From: a virus
Lineage: Duplodnaviria; Caudoviricetes
Length of the DNA: 64,000 bases
Strand: one strand, 5' to 3'
Virus record (IMG/VR): IMGVR_UViG_3300012038_000181
Span: 1 to 64,000 of that record
Positions 26,100 to 35,120 of the stretch are shown piece after piece. Made by a program: the position numbers and the translations under genes. Numbering within the stretch: position 1 is the stretch's first letter; each line of letters opens with the position of its first letter. The notes below the pieces were generated by a model. The model worked only from the letters and a program-made list of their open reading frames with translations, made no database searches and was not told the origin of the DNA.

Positions 26100-26273
26100 T
26101 TACTTTCCTTCTGATAGCCGCTTGGTTTCGTTTACCACGACTCGCTGGTAGGCCGCAGACACAAGGCGTTCTAGTAAGCGATATTGTTTCTCGCCCGTCT
26201 TTTCGGCAATCTTGCGTACCAACATCAACGTGCGTGGCGTAATCTTCGTGGTAATTAAAGTCTCAGTAGTCAT
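26100..26273 (-). CDS. Small ribbon-helix-helix-like protein (57 aa)
   Basis: MTTETLITTKITPRTLMLVRKIAEKTGEKQYRLLERLV, translated by hand. Confidence 0.55.
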   Translation of the reverse strand: MTTETLITTKITPRTLMLVRKIAEKTGEKQYRLLERLVSAAYQRVVVNETKRLSEGK

Positions 26274-26319
26274 GGGTAACTTTATACACCTTCACAAGAA
26301 ATCTGTCTACACCTTTTTT

Positions 26320-26613
26320 CTACCACACCGACCATTTGAATGTCCGATCTGCCTTCTTCCAGTATGGAAGTATCAACAGCGGGAGTTCCTTGAATTCAAC
26401 TTGCTGCTCTCGTTCTGCTTCGCGGTCATACACGTCTTGTTTGGCTCGTAGCAGAGAGAGTTGATAGTCATGCTCATAGCGGGCTAAGAGGTTGTGACTT
26501 TGCAGATCATCTGTGCCCCTGGGAGTGGCACGTTTATTTAGTGGCTCACCACATTCTCGGCAGTTGACTTCATTCGGGGTGGCGATGTTGCAAGTAGCGC
26601 AGAGGACTAGCAT
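26320..26613 (-). CDS. Zn-ribbon protein
   Basis: CATC..CRECGEPL. Confidence 0.55.
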   Translation of the reverse strand: MLVLCATCNIATPNEVNCRECGEPLNKRATPRGTDDLQSHNLLARYEHDYQLSLLRAKQDVYDREAEREQQVEFKELPLLILPYWKKADRTFKWSVW

Positions 26614-26858
26614 CGGGTTTCTCCTTTTTGGTGATAGTCGGTACGGAAAGAAACGGGGAGCGTGGCGTTCGTGCGCTTGGCAAGTAGTCGCAAGTTTTTC
26701 TTGTACTCAGTGGCGCGTCGGACGTTACAGCCGCGACAGTAGATAGACTTCCCCGTTCGGTCGCCCCGTGTGTCGTAGTAGGCGTTACGGCCAAAGGCTT
26801 CGTCGGGTAACATGGTTCCGTAGTGTTCGCATTGGGGATCGCGGCAGAGTCTACTCAT
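26607..26858 (-). CDS. Zn-finger protein (HNH-associated type)
   Basis: CRDPQC..F..SIYCRGCN..EYKK. Confidence 0.55.
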   Translation of the reverse strand: MSRLCRDPQCEHYGTMLPDEAFGRNAYYDTRGDRTGKSIYCRGCNVRRATEYKKNLRLLAKRTNATLPVSFRTDYHQKGETRC

Positions 26859-27324
26859 GGTTGCACGCCGCTCCGTAAGTGTAGTCGCGCCCAAGTACGG
26901 GGTGTCGCTTCTCGAACAAGTAGGTTCCGGTTCCATTGCACTTCGGACAAACGGATGACCCGCGATAGTCGTACTGCCCGATTCTTGGTAATGCATGGCG
27001 TTCGGTTTCCTTGATGGTCTTCCACGCGGCACAAACCTCCGACACGTCCATCAAAAAACTTGAGTTTCGGTTACGGCGAGCATGGACAAACATTTCTGCT
27101 ACGCGGTGTTCGGGAACCACGTCTTGCAACGCTTCCGTCCACGTCGCTACCATCAACTCAAACTCGACGCCTTCAGGACGCGACGGATTCCCCGCGAACA
27201 TCTTGGTTAACTGTTCCGCTACTTTCATCCCGTAACTTTTGGACAACCGAGAGGAGTCCGTTGAAAGAGGCTGACCTTCGCTCATTAGCCGTTGTAAATC
27301 CGTTGTTGGGTTTATTCGATCCAT
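26851..27324 (-). CDS. Helicase loader/inhibitor-like replication protein (start uncertain)
   Basis: Directly after the DUF1376 initiator; WTEAL..FLMDVSEV; C-terminal CPKCNGTG. Confidence 0.5.
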   Translation of the reverse strand: MDRINPTTDLQRLMSEGQPLSTDSSRLSKSYGMKVAEQLTKMFAGNPSRPEGVEFELMVATWTEALQDVVPEHRVAEMFVHARRNRNSSFLMDVSEVCAAWKTIKETERHALPRIGQYDYRGSSVCPKCNGTGTYLFEKRHPVLGRDYTYGAACNHE

Positions 27325-28018
27325 TGGTTTCCTTTCGTGTTTCTAGTTCTCGTAGTCGATTACGAAACGTGGCGTCCCAATCCAGCTTGCGACCCCGCGC
27401 ACCTGCGACCCCGCACCAATAATCTCGGAACTCCGCGAGCGCGGCGTCAACGTCTACGTGCGCGGCGTTAGACTCCGACCAAAGCCTTAAATCCGGCGAT
27501 AAGGAAAAATCACTTGGTAGCCTCGTTCCGCGAGCCTCAGCGGAGCGCGTAGCGCGAGGCACTGTTGTTGTCTTTTCTTTTGTATTAGAAGATGAAATAG
27601 AAGATGAAGAAGAAAAAGAAGTGTTGAACGAGTCCGGTTGCCCTTTGGTTGCACCACCCTGTTGCGGGGTTATGTCTTTGCGCTTCTTGCGTTTGTGAGC
27701 ACTCGCCTTGCCGCCCTTCGCAGATTTCTCGCGCCAAATCTTTTGCTTTTCGCGTTCAATTTCAAGCCTAGTGTGAACCATCCTTGAACCATTTGTGGGG
27801 TCTATTTTGAATCGCGCTAGCACCACCCTTATATCGGTGGTTGAACCACCCTTGCAGAGCATAGAGATAGCACTAGGTTCGGCGGGTATGCTTCCCTCAC
27901 GCCAACAGTAGGCGAGCAGCCGAATGTAGATACCTTCTTGTCGTAGCGTCATCAACTGAACATGCTCGTCTGCGAGATATTCAGCTGCATAAAACTGAAA
28001 CGCGGGGGAAGATGCCAT
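27173..28018 (-). CDS. DUF1376/YdaU-family phage replication initiator
   Basis: PAFQFYAAEYLAD..MTLRQEGIYIRLLAYCW; C-term RGTRLP..FRDYW..KLDWDATFRN. Confidence 0.85.
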   Translation of the reverse strand: MASSPAFQFYAAEYLADEHVQLMTLRQEGIYIRLLAYCWREGSIPAEPSAISMLCKGGSTTDIRVVLARFKIDPTNGSRMVHTRLEIEREKQKIWREKSAKGGKASAHKRKKRKDITPQQGGATKGQPDSFNTSFSSSSSISSSNTKEKTTTVPRATRSAEARGTRLPSDFSLSPDLRLWSESNAAHVDVDAALAEFRDYWCGVAGARGRKLDWDATFRNRLRELETRKETNGSNKPNNGFTTANERRSASFNGLLSVVQKLRDESSGTVNQDVRGESVAS

Positions 28019-28308
28019 CAGAGTTTCTCCTTTGGCAATGTGAGCGGATACAAGATTTCATAACAGAGCATTTTGGAGCCGTTTTTGGGTAACGGTGGTG
28101 TGCGAGGTTTTAGTAGTCCTAGATGTACCATGTGCTCTAGGCGTGTTTCGAGTTTACGTGGGCCTAATGTGGTTGCCTCACGGAGCCAATCCTCACTGCA
28201 GGTAGCAATGCGGCGGGGGCTAGATATGCAATGAAGAACGGAAAGAACTACTTTGTTGCGGCCTTTGACTTGGGGGTCAAGGATTATCTGCTTAAGTTCA
28301 TTGGACAT
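28018..28308 (-). CDS. Winged-HTH protein
   Basis: KVVLSVL..SEDWLREATTLGPRKLETRLEHMVHLGLL. Confidence 0.5.
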   Translation of the reverse strand: MSNELKQIILDPQVKGRNKVVLSVLHCISSPRRIATCSEDWLREATTLGPRKLETRLEHMVHLGLLKPRTPPLPKNGSKMLCYEILYPLTLPKEKL

Positions 28309-28456
28309 AGAAAACGACCTTTCACCGTCGCGCTCGCGTTTGGCTCGACCTTCTGCCAGTCTCCTCAAAAGACAGAAATCGTGTGCGAAACGCGACTGTG
28401 AAAAGTCGCTAAGGAGACGTTAACGCTGGAGCCAGCAGCGCGTCAATTCAGTTGTC

Positions 28457-28512
28457 AAAAAGCGAAGGGATTGTAACACTCTAAACACGAACGCTACAAT
28501 CCCTTTTTCGCT
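28457..28512 (-). terminator. Intrinsic terminator after the SSB-like gene
   Basis: GCGAA..GGGATTGTA / TACAATCCC.TTCGC long stem followed by TTTTT on the - strand. Confidence 0.65.
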
Positions 28513-29131
28513 AGAAGGGAATGTCGTCAGTGTCGTCTCCGAGTGGTGGTGCGGATGCCTTCTTAGGTTCCGGTGCGCCATTCTCGATGTAACTCCACTC
28601 CTCTGACTTCTTAATGATCGCCTTGATGCCATCACTCAATTCGTCAAACTTCTCATGGTCGAAGTTTTCTTCATCAAGCCAAAAGGTTGAAGACGGGTGT
28701 ACCTGTGGCGGGCAAGTCGTGTTCTTAGGCAATCCTGAGACGGTAGCAACCTTTGTTTTGCCGTTCTCTCTCGACACTATGGTCAAGAGACACGGAACGC
28801 CTAGAATCGACTCTAAATCGAATTTCTGGAGTTCGGCGTCAGTGAAACCTCTACCACGCCACGCTTCCAAATCAGCCCTCAAGTTAGCCTTCTCGCCAAG
28901 CGAGTTGGTGTAGAAGCGACTGGTAGTGATCGGGCGCATCTCGTTCTCGATACTAATGAGTTCTTCGGGCAGTTCCCAGGTCACCAAGATTTGATTGCGT
29001 CGGGTTGGTTGGCCCATGTACTCGCCGTGCTGTGTACCTAAATCGGTGATGCGAATACAGCGGGCTATGTGTGTTCCTTGTGGTGCGGGAGTGAAAGAAC
29101 CTCCACCTGAATCGTTCGCGTATCTTCCCAT
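28511..29131 (-). CDS. Phage ssDNA-binding / replication protein (NGO0469-like)
   Basis: PAPQGTHIARCIRITDLGTQ..SLGEKANLRADLEAWRG; acidic DDIPF tail. Confidence 0.8.
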   Translation of the reverse strand: MGRYANDSGGGSFTPAPQGTHIARCIRITDLGTQHGEYMGQPTRRNQILVTWELPEELISIENEMRPITTSRFYTNSLGEKANLRADLEAWRGRGFTDAELQKFDLESILGVPCLLTIVSRENGKTKVATVSGLPKNTTCPPQVHPSSTFWLDEENFDHEKFDELSDGIKAIIKKSEEWSYIENGAPEPKKASAPPLGDDTDDIPF

Positions 29132-29157
29132 TTCTACTTATTCTCCTTCTTCTGCTT

Positions 29158-29517
29158 TTAAGTTCTGTGTCGTTGTTGTATTTGCCATTCATCGCGCAGG
29201 TTTGCGCCCATTGATTGACAGGCTGAAAGCTGTTCCTTTGTTATATCAAGAACAGTTTTCAAGTATTTGTACTTCACGTCAGCGGTCAAAAACCGCTTGT
29301 ATTCCCCTTGACACTTACCGTCTGCAATAGCCTTCTTTTGCTGAACGGTTCCCTCTGCTCGTAAAACTTCTTGACCGTGTTTATCTTCGTAAATCCCGCG
29401 ACTGGTAGCGTACTCATCTCCCGCCTTGTAAATCTCCGTAACTACTTCGTTAGCACGTTGAATCAGCCGCCAGATTTCTTCGTTTACGTCCGATGGTTTT
29501 AGGGGCGTTTGCCTCAT
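29158..29517 (-). CDS. UvsY-like recombination mediator
   Basis: Long helical protein with EGTVQQKKAIAD..LSACQSMGANLR pattern; between SSB and nuclease. Confidence 0.5.
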   Translation of the reverse strand: MRQTPLKPSDVNEEIWRLIQRANEVVTEIYKAGDEYATSRGIYEDKHGQEVLRAEGTVQQKKAIADGKCQGEYKRFLTADVKYKYLKTVLDITKEQLSACQSMGANLRDEWQIQQRHRT

Positions 29518-30305
29518 GCCTTAACCACTCCTTCGCCAATCGCTACGCAAGTTTCGATGAAACTGCAATAACCGCACGGCCACTTGCTGTAAGGCACTTC
29601 TTTGAGTGGGTCACGGATGATCGCCCCGCAGTATTCGCGTTCAGGTATTTTACCCTCACGAGCGAGTGTAACGATAGCTTTTAATCGTGCAATTTCACGC
29701 TGAATTTCTTCCTCAAAGTCTGAGACTTTGAATCTCCACTCTGCTATAATTCTCTCGTCCTTTGTGGCAGTTTTGCGAGCATAAACGATGCAAAGATAGT
29801 CACAGTTAATTGATTTGGCAGAGATGCCTACTTGCAGAACGTGTTCGGGTTTTGGCCCCTCTGCTTTTTGGTCTTTCTTGTTCCATCGACCATTAGATTT
29901 AAGACGGTCGCCTGTGGCTAACTTGAAACCAAAGTCGGACGTGGATTTAATTTCACAGCACACGCTCTTTGAATCATCTGATGGATATTTCAAGTCGGCG
30001 CGACAAGTAATAAAGTCTTCGATAACTCCGTTGACTTCCTTTTCTGCGTCAGGAATCTTGGCGAGCATGGCCGCTTGGATTTTGTCGTGAATAGCATCGC
30101 CCACGTAGAAGTTGAACAACGAGTCTCCGGTCATTGGGCTAGACGCTTCAACGCCAAGCACGCGGAATCCGATAGCACGGGCGCAACCACCAGCGGATGA
30201 CGCATTCGCATGTAACTGATCGGCCAAAAGAGACGGAGCACGCTCGCGCTGATCGCGTTCGGCAACAAGGTGTTCAAAGAGAATATCTTGAATCTTAGGT
30301 AGCAT
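29514..30305 (-). CDS. Cas4-like PD-(D/E)xK exonuclease
   Basis: SSAGGCAR, GDAIH, RADL..EIKS, QVxxxA, C-terminal CGYCSFIETC (1+3 Cys pattern). Confidence 0.8.
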   Translation of the reverse strand: MLPKIQDILFEHLVAERDQRERAPSLLADQLHANASSAGGCARAIGFRVLGVEASSPMTGDSLFNFYVGDAIHDKIQAAMLAKIPDAEKEVNGVIEDFITCRADLKYPSDDSKSVCCEIKSTSDFGFKLATGDRLKSNGRWNKKDQKAEGPKPEHVLQVGISAKSINCDYLCIVYARKTATKDERIIAEWRFKVSDFEEEIQREIARLKAIVTLAREGKIPEREYCGAIIRDPLKEVPYSKWPCGYCSFIETCVAIGEGVVKA

Positions 30306-30492
30306 TTATTTCCTCTTGGTCAGCCCCTACGCATTCAGCGCAAAGGGAATCGGGCGAACAATGTTCATTAGGCCACACACCAACATCATAAACATCTTCA
30401 AAAACGCGCCAAGGTTCCTGCTCACCGTACTGAGAGGTTTCAACCTCACGGCGGGATAGATCGTCAACAAGGGACTTAGTTGATTGGTACAT
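30295..30492 (-). CDS. Hypothetical acidic protein
   Basis: Coupled overlaps; C..CAEC. Confidence 0.5.
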   Translation of the reverse strand: MYQSTKSLVDDLSRREVETSQYGEQEPWRVFEDVYDVGVWPNEHCSPDSLCAECVGADQEEINAT

Positions 30493-30758
30493 TACGCGGC
30501 GTCTCCTTTCACCTCGACACATTTCGCCCCCTTACAGCCCTCAAGCGCATCGAACATCTCTTGAATCTTGATTACCTCTCGCTTGCCGTTCCACTCTACG
30601 GTTATCGTCTCAGCCACGTTAAGCACCAAGAGAAAGTCCGCTTGTGGCGCAGGGGGAGCAGTGATAGTGATGGTGTCAGCCTTTAGTTTCTGCGCTTGGG
30701 CGGTCATGCTTCCGACCATCACGGCAAATAACGCTTGTACTGCGGTTCTTCGATTCAT
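30492..30758 (-). CDS. Small exported protein
   Basis: MNRRTAVQALFAVMVGSMTAQA-Q signal with an RR pair. Confidence 0.6.
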   Translation of the reverse strand: MNRRTAVQALFAVMVGSMTAQAQKLKADTITITAPPAPQADFLLVLNVAETITVEWNGKREVIKIQEMFDALEGCKGAKCVEVKGDAA

Positions 30759-30952
30759 CGGTAATACTCCTCTAAACTAATTCCCAACCCTTTTGCATCT
30801 TCAGCGGCAAAACAATCTTGGCACACGAGCTTTCCACCTTCCATTACTCCACAGTAAACATCTGTACATCTGAACCATCCTTTATGCTCAGGACAGAAAT
30901 GCCGTTGAGAAGGAAAGATTGCTGAATGTAGAACAGCAGCGCGTGTAGTCAT
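30755..30952 (-). CDS. Zn-finger protein
   Basis: CPEH..C..C..CQDC. Confidence 0.5.
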   Translation of the reverse strand: MTTRAAVLHSAIFPSQRHFCPEHKGWFRCTDVYCGVMEGGKLVCQDCFAAEDAKGLGISLEEYYR

Positions 30953-31055
30953 TAGCTCACCGCCCACAGTAAAGCCGCATAAGCGACGACAATTAAAATC
31001 ACTACTGCTAGTCCAAAGCAGTCTTGTTGAAAGTTACTTTTGTCCATTTTGTCTC

Positions 31056-31583
31056 CTACCGATCCACAAACCAAACGAATATCAAGATGCCGCCAACGGT
31101 CACCATGATTATCAGCACTGTGACTATTAGACCGCCAATCCAATCCCACAAAAGAACGTGGTGAGCCTTCCACCAAACGCCCTCAAACACTCCGAGCATT
31201 GCGCCCGCCTCTCCCTGCTCTTGTTGGGTAATTTGTTGAATTGCGGTCTGGTACTGAAACGATGTAACATCCATCTTTTCAATCTCGTGCAATCGTCCCT
31301 GAAGGCTCTTTAACGCTTCCATATTGCGGTCGAAGCTGTTGTCGGGCGTAGGGTAGATGAGGGCGTTGTGTTGCCCCTCTAACCCTTGACTCTCTAGTGC
31401 CACCACGTAGCGATCTACATACTCGGCTTTCTTAGCAATCGTTGAACTCTTATCAGCTAAGTTCCAATACGCACCAATGGCTAAGTTGTAAGCGTAGTCG
31501 GCGCGTATCGCAGCGACTCCCATAATCGTACCCACAATCAGTGAAACAACCACTAAGACTGAACCAATAACGAGTTTTTTCAT
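31056..31583 (-). CDS. Two-TM membrane protein with an extracytoplasmic loop
   Basis: Hydrophobic N- and C-terminal helices. Confidence 0.7.
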   Translation of the reverse strand: MKKLVIGSVLVVVSLIVGTIMGVAAIRADYAYNLAIGAYWNLADKSSTIAKKAEYVDRYVVALESQGLEGQHNALIYPTPDNSFDRNMEALKSLQGRLHEIEKMDVTSFQYQTAIQQITQQEQGEAGAMLGVFEGVWWKAHHVLLWDWIGGLIVTVLIIMVTVGGILIFVWFVDR

Positions 31584-31700
31584 TTACCAAACCTCCCGCA
31601 AGATATTAAACCCCACCACCATGAACCAGAGGACGACTAGTACGATGCCTACGCGGGCAACGGTAGGTAAGTTGAAGAAGCTATCCAGTAAGCGGTTCAT
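31584..31700 (-). CDS. 38-aa membrane peptide
   Basis: MNRLLDSFFNLPTVARVGIVLVVLWFMVVGFNILREVW; coupled overlaps. Confidence 0.5.
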   Translation of the reverse strand: MNRLLDSFFNLPTVARVGIVLVVLWFMVVGFNILREVW

Positions 31701-31948
31701 TCGTCGTAATCCCCTCTCAGGTTTCTTGGTTCATCATCTACTTCAGTAGCCCGACGCTTCCACTTGGCTATTGCTTCGTCTCGGTCATAGGAAGTAGGGC
31801 CAGCGGCTTCACAGCGGGTACACATCACATAGAAGAAATCCTTCCCTACCGCCAAGCCGCTCTCAGGGTCTCGTTCTATATCCATATCCCGTGCTACATC
31901 TAAGTCAGATGAGCCGCAGAAGGGGCAGAATCCTAAGTTTTTATTCAT
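31697..31948 (-). CDS. Lar-like restriction alleviation protein
   Basis: FCPFCGS..YVMCTRCEAAGP..AIAKWKRR. Confidence 0.75.
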   Translation of the reverse strand: MNKNLGFCPFCGSSDLDVARDMDIERDPESGLAVGKDFFYVMCTRCEAAGPTSYDRDEAIAKWKRRATEVDDEPRNLRGDYDE

Positions 31949-32100
31949 CGTGGATTCCTATCAAGGCATTTTTGGCAAACATAGATGGTCGAATAATAGC
32001 CAACGCTCTCGTCATTATCGTCCACGGGGTAGGTATTGACATTCTCCGCGCCACAATGCTCACAAGCGTGGATGACATCTTCTTCTGGCTCGTCACTCAT
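31945..32100 (-). CDS. Small Zn-finger protein
   Basis: CEHC..CQKC, translated by hand. Confidence 0.5.
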   Translation of the reverse strand: MSDEPEEDVIHACEHCGAENVNTYPVDDNDESVGYYSTIYVCQKCLDRNPR

Positions 32101-32293
32101 TGCTCATCCGTCCTCTCAGATCGTCTGCAACAGACCTCATCCCAACTTGGTTGGCTTCAAACAGAAGTCGCTGCCCCAACATCCCTATTCTGGTAATCAA
32201 GGCAATCTCACCTATTCCCTTCGCCTGCCGATTTAACTCAATCAGCGTCTCAAGCCATTCCTCAAGTATTTCTGGAAATTCACGGTTAGCCAT
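32093..32293 (-). CDS. Hypothetical protein, first gene of the leftward operon
   Basis: ATG at 32293 after GAAAGG. Confidence 0.55.
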   Translation of the reverse strand: MANREFPEILEEWLETLIELNRQAKGIGEIALITRIGMLGQRLLFEANQVGMRSVADDLRGRMSNE

Positions 32294-32323
32294 GTTTGGT
32301 TTCCTTTCAATCGAAGCAAGCGA

Positions 32324-32403
32324 ACCATACGCTCTAGCTTTACTATCTGTCAAGCACTTTCTGAATTATTTTCTTGACTAGTGGTAAAGTGATGTTCTAG
32401 GAT
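32324..32403. promoter_or_regulatory. Divergent promoter pair
   Basis: - strand TTGACA(32353-32348)-18-TATGGT; + strand TTGACT(32374)-18-TAGGAT(32398). Confidence 0.65.
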
Positions 32404-32411
32404 GTAGTGCG

Positions 32412-32597
32412 ATGGCATACTTAAGCATACCCGAAACAGCCGAACGGATCGGCGTGTCGCGCCAAGCGGTGTACGACATGATCAAGCGTGAAGAATTAAA
32501 GACTGTCTTTATCGCGGGGCATCAAGTTGTGAGCGCGAGAGTGGCCGATAGAATCAAGGCAGAACGCGCAGCCAAGACCAACGGCAAAGAAAAGTGA
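32412..32597 (+). CDS. HTH DNA-binding protein (Cro/excisionase-like)
   Basis: YLSIPETAERIGVSRQAVYDMIKREEL. Confidence 0.8.
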   Translation: MAYLSIPETAERIGVSRQAVYDMIKREELKTVFIAGHQVVSARVADRIKAERAAKTNGKEK

Positions 32598-32695
32598 ATC
32601 AATGATCCAGCTCATCAAATTATCATCTATTGCTTTGGGGTTGACGTTGGCGGTTGGCTTGGTGGCTTTACTGAGGGAACGAACGAGATAAAAGC

Positions 32696-32911
32696 ATGAA
32701 CGGAATTGAGTATCTATACACCGAAGGCAAGATAGGGGATCGTCTTACCGCTGTGCCTGTTCGAATCTCAGGCTCAACAACGATTGTTGGCGAGATTAGG
32801 CCCGTCGATGGCGGTTGGCAGTATTTACCAAAACAGCAAAAGACTGGCAGTGATGTGTTCGCAACCATGGCCGAATGCCAACGAGATATAGAAGGGGATA
32901 ACTCTCAGTAG
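32696..32911 (+). CDS. Hypothetical protein
   Basis: ORF in the + operon. Confidence 0.5.
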   Translation: MNGIEYLYTEGKIGDRLTAVPVRISGSTTIVGEIRPVDGGWQYLPKQQKTGSDVFATMAECQRDIEGDNSQ

Positions 32912-32952
32912 CGACGGTAACGGATCGAAAGACATTTAGGGAGCGTGCAGCG

Positions 32953-33144
32953 ATGGAGTGGACGAAACTGAAAGCACTAGAAACACTGATCCGCGAAGGT
33001 CAGCGCGACAACGTAACCAAAGCAGGCTTGCAGCGCGTCGAAGCGGCGTGTAAGACGTTGGAATTAGACGTAGCGGAGACGGCGGCGATCAAGTTAGTGC
33101 TGGAGTTCCCTGCTCCGCCCAACACAAAAAAGGACGAGTCTTAA
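32953..33144 (+). CDS. Hypothetical protein
   Basis: RBS AGGGAG. Confidence 0.5.
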   Translation: MEWTKLKALETLIREGQRDNVTKAGLQRVEAACKTLELDVAETAAIKLVLEFPAPPNTKKDES

Positions 33145-33304
33145 TGTGGCGACGGTTTAAGTGTTGGGTCATAGGCCACGACTGGAAGGGCGATCCGAAG
33201 GATGCCACAATCCATCTGTGTTTCAGGTGTTGGCAGACTCGGAAGTGTTTCATCTGTCCGCAATGCGGGTCGATAGTTACTCAGGAAGCCAAAGGGTAAA
33301 CTTA

Positions 33305-33466
33305 ATGGCTGAACCAGAGAAACCAGCAAGCGAGAAGGGGCACATCTTTACGACTTGCGTTCTTATAGCAACTATTTGGATAGCGTCTTGGATGGGAAGT
33401 TGCGGTGCCGATAGTAAATTCAAGAAACTGCACGACCGCTTAGACAGAATGGAAAGGTGCAAGTGA
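33305..33466 (+). CDS. Small membrane protein
   Basis: IFTTCVLIATIWIASW helix. Confidence 0.45.
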   Translation: MAEPEKPASEKGHIFTTCVLIATIWIASWMGSCGADSKFKKLHDRLDRMERCK

Positions 33467-33467
33467 G

Positions 33468-33662
33468 ATGGCAGTCAAGAGAACGACATTTGCGGAGTTT
33501 AAGATCGCCCACGAAGGACGCGGAGACTCGGTAATGCAGCTCGCGTACTACGCTCAACTTCTCTCTGACGACAAAGAGCTTCAGGAAGCGGGTGCGGCGG
33601 CGATAGCGGCAGAAGATAAGTTCCATGAGTTGCTACATGATCGCGGTTTCAATCGCGGCTGA
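33468..33662 (+). CDS. Hypothetical protein
   Basis: Packed ORF. Confidence 0.5.
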   Translation: MAVKRTTFAEFKIAHEGRGDSVMQLAYYAQLLSDDKELQEAGAAAIAAEDKFHELLHDRGFNRG

Positions 33663-33837
33663 ACGCTATCAACGAAACTGTTAAGGAGTGAGAATGGAAA
33701 CTGTTCCGATTATTAGTGACGCATTCCTAGCCGTGCAACCGCAAGCCACCGCGCCAAATGGTGACTATCGAAGCTGCTCACCTTCAAGGAGTGAGTTGTT
33801 AGTGCGGCAATTTGAGGAGCAACAAAAGAGTTGAGCA

Positions 33838-34044
33838 GTGAAACGTGATCTACACCATACGCAACGAGACCTGGCAGAGCGCAACGATGCTCTGTTAGTT
33901 AAGTGTCCTTACTGTAAGGCAGTGGTCGGAGAGTTATGTTGGGGCATAAGTTCATCATCAGGCAAGCCCGTAAAGAAGCCGCACGTACCTCATAAACAAC
34001 GGGTGTTAGCGTTAGTAGCACAGAGATTGAAAGAAAAAGAATGA
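33838..34044 (+). CDS. Zn-finger protein
   Basis: CPYCKA..GELC..H..R. Confidence 0.55.
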   Translation: MKRDLHHTQRDLAERNDALLVKCPYCKAVVGELCWGISSSSGKPVKKPHVPHKQRVLALVAQRLKEKE

Positions 34045-34069
34045 ATCCTCATCTCTTCGTTTGAAGTGC

Positions 34070-34312
34070 CTAGTACTCTGACGTAACTTTGCGTTCAAAC
34101 AGCGTCCCGTGACCCTCAGAGCAGGAATACAAACAAGTCGATAGATACCTCTCACAGTCCCGACAAATGCGCTCATAGCAGCCGCAATCTCTCGCCGGAA
34201 GGGTTGTTACCACACCGCTACAACAGATTACGCTCTTGCCACGTCTCAATCTTAAATTCGGTGTCTTTGGCTTCTTTGACGAGCCGTCGATAGAACGCTG
34301 CCCGCGTTTCAT
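34070..34312 (-). CDS. Cys-rich hypothetical protein (start uncertain)
   Basis: CC..DCGC..CRDC..C..C. Confidence 0.4.
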   Translation of the reverse strand: MKRGQRSIDGSSKKPKTPNLRLRRGKSVICCSGVVTTLPARDCGCYERICRDCERYLSTCLYSCSEGHGTLFERKVTSEY

Positions 34313-34730
34313 ATTTGATATGTCCTGACTTGGTTCCTATGTCTGTGCGAAACACGTAGATCGGAAGTTCGCGCTTCTTAGCCATCTTAATCATGTGCTT
34401 AGTGCCCGTTGAGCGTCCGTCCCAAATCGCTATTAGAGCCTCAGCATGAACAGCCATTAACTCGTTGCGTCTCAGACCTGCTCTAGCGTCGTACTTCTGC
34501 CCCCACTTATTTCTCTTTATGAGCGCGTTCGGGTGTGTTAAATTCGTCCAATCCGGCTCAAATTGCTCAACCGGAACTGAATTTCGTTCAGCCCACATCA
34601 TTGCAAAGGTATCAACGCCCTTAGCACAGCCTGAAATGACTTCTGTAACTTCAAATCCTGAATCTTCAATCGCCCATTCAATGACTTCAGGATCAGTTAC
34701 ATCTCTAGAGCCAGCGATAACAACCTTCAT
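34218..34730 (-). CDS. SLOG/YspA-like (DUF2493) protein
   Basis: KVVIAGSR..VISGCAKGVD..AGLRRNELM..IAIWDGRSTGTKHMI. Confidence 0.85.
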   Translation of the reverse strand: MKVVIAGSRDVTDPEVIEWAIEDSGFEVTEVISGCAKGVDTFAMMWAERNSVPVEQFEPDWTNLTHPNALIKRNKWGQKYDARAGLRRNELMAVHAEALIAIWDGRSTGTKHMIKMAKKRELPIYVFRTDIGTKSGHIKYETRAAFYRRLVKEAKDTEFKIETWQERNLL

Positions 34731-35048
34731 CTTCAGCAACCTCTTAAATCTTGATCTTTAAGATGCCCCCACTTACAAACAATACTACCATTGTGTTTTT
34801 AGTTGAACATTTCCTTTAACCTCTGAACCGAGTAAGAGTTACACGAATAATGTAAAACTTACATACCATCTACTATGTAAGAATTACACGGTTGTAGGTT
34901 TACTGAGGATTTCGATTGAAAATAATTTGCTCCGAACGGCTAAAAAGTGAAGATTTCGCTTGACAGCTTTTTGGGGAAACGCGGAGAGAAACGCAACTGT
35001 GTAATTTTTACATACCTCATGGTGTTTCACGACTTGGTTACAAAAGGA

Positions 35049-35077
35049 TTGCCAATTAGACCACCTACGGTCATAAT
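35049..35077 (+). promoter_or_regulatory. Promoter TTGCCA-17-CATAAT for the lysis operon
   Basis: Read directly in the AT-rich intergenic region. Confidence 0.55.
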
Positions 35078-35120
35078 GCGCGGCGAAATGAAGCAAACCC
35101 CTAAAGGAGCCTCCACCTAA

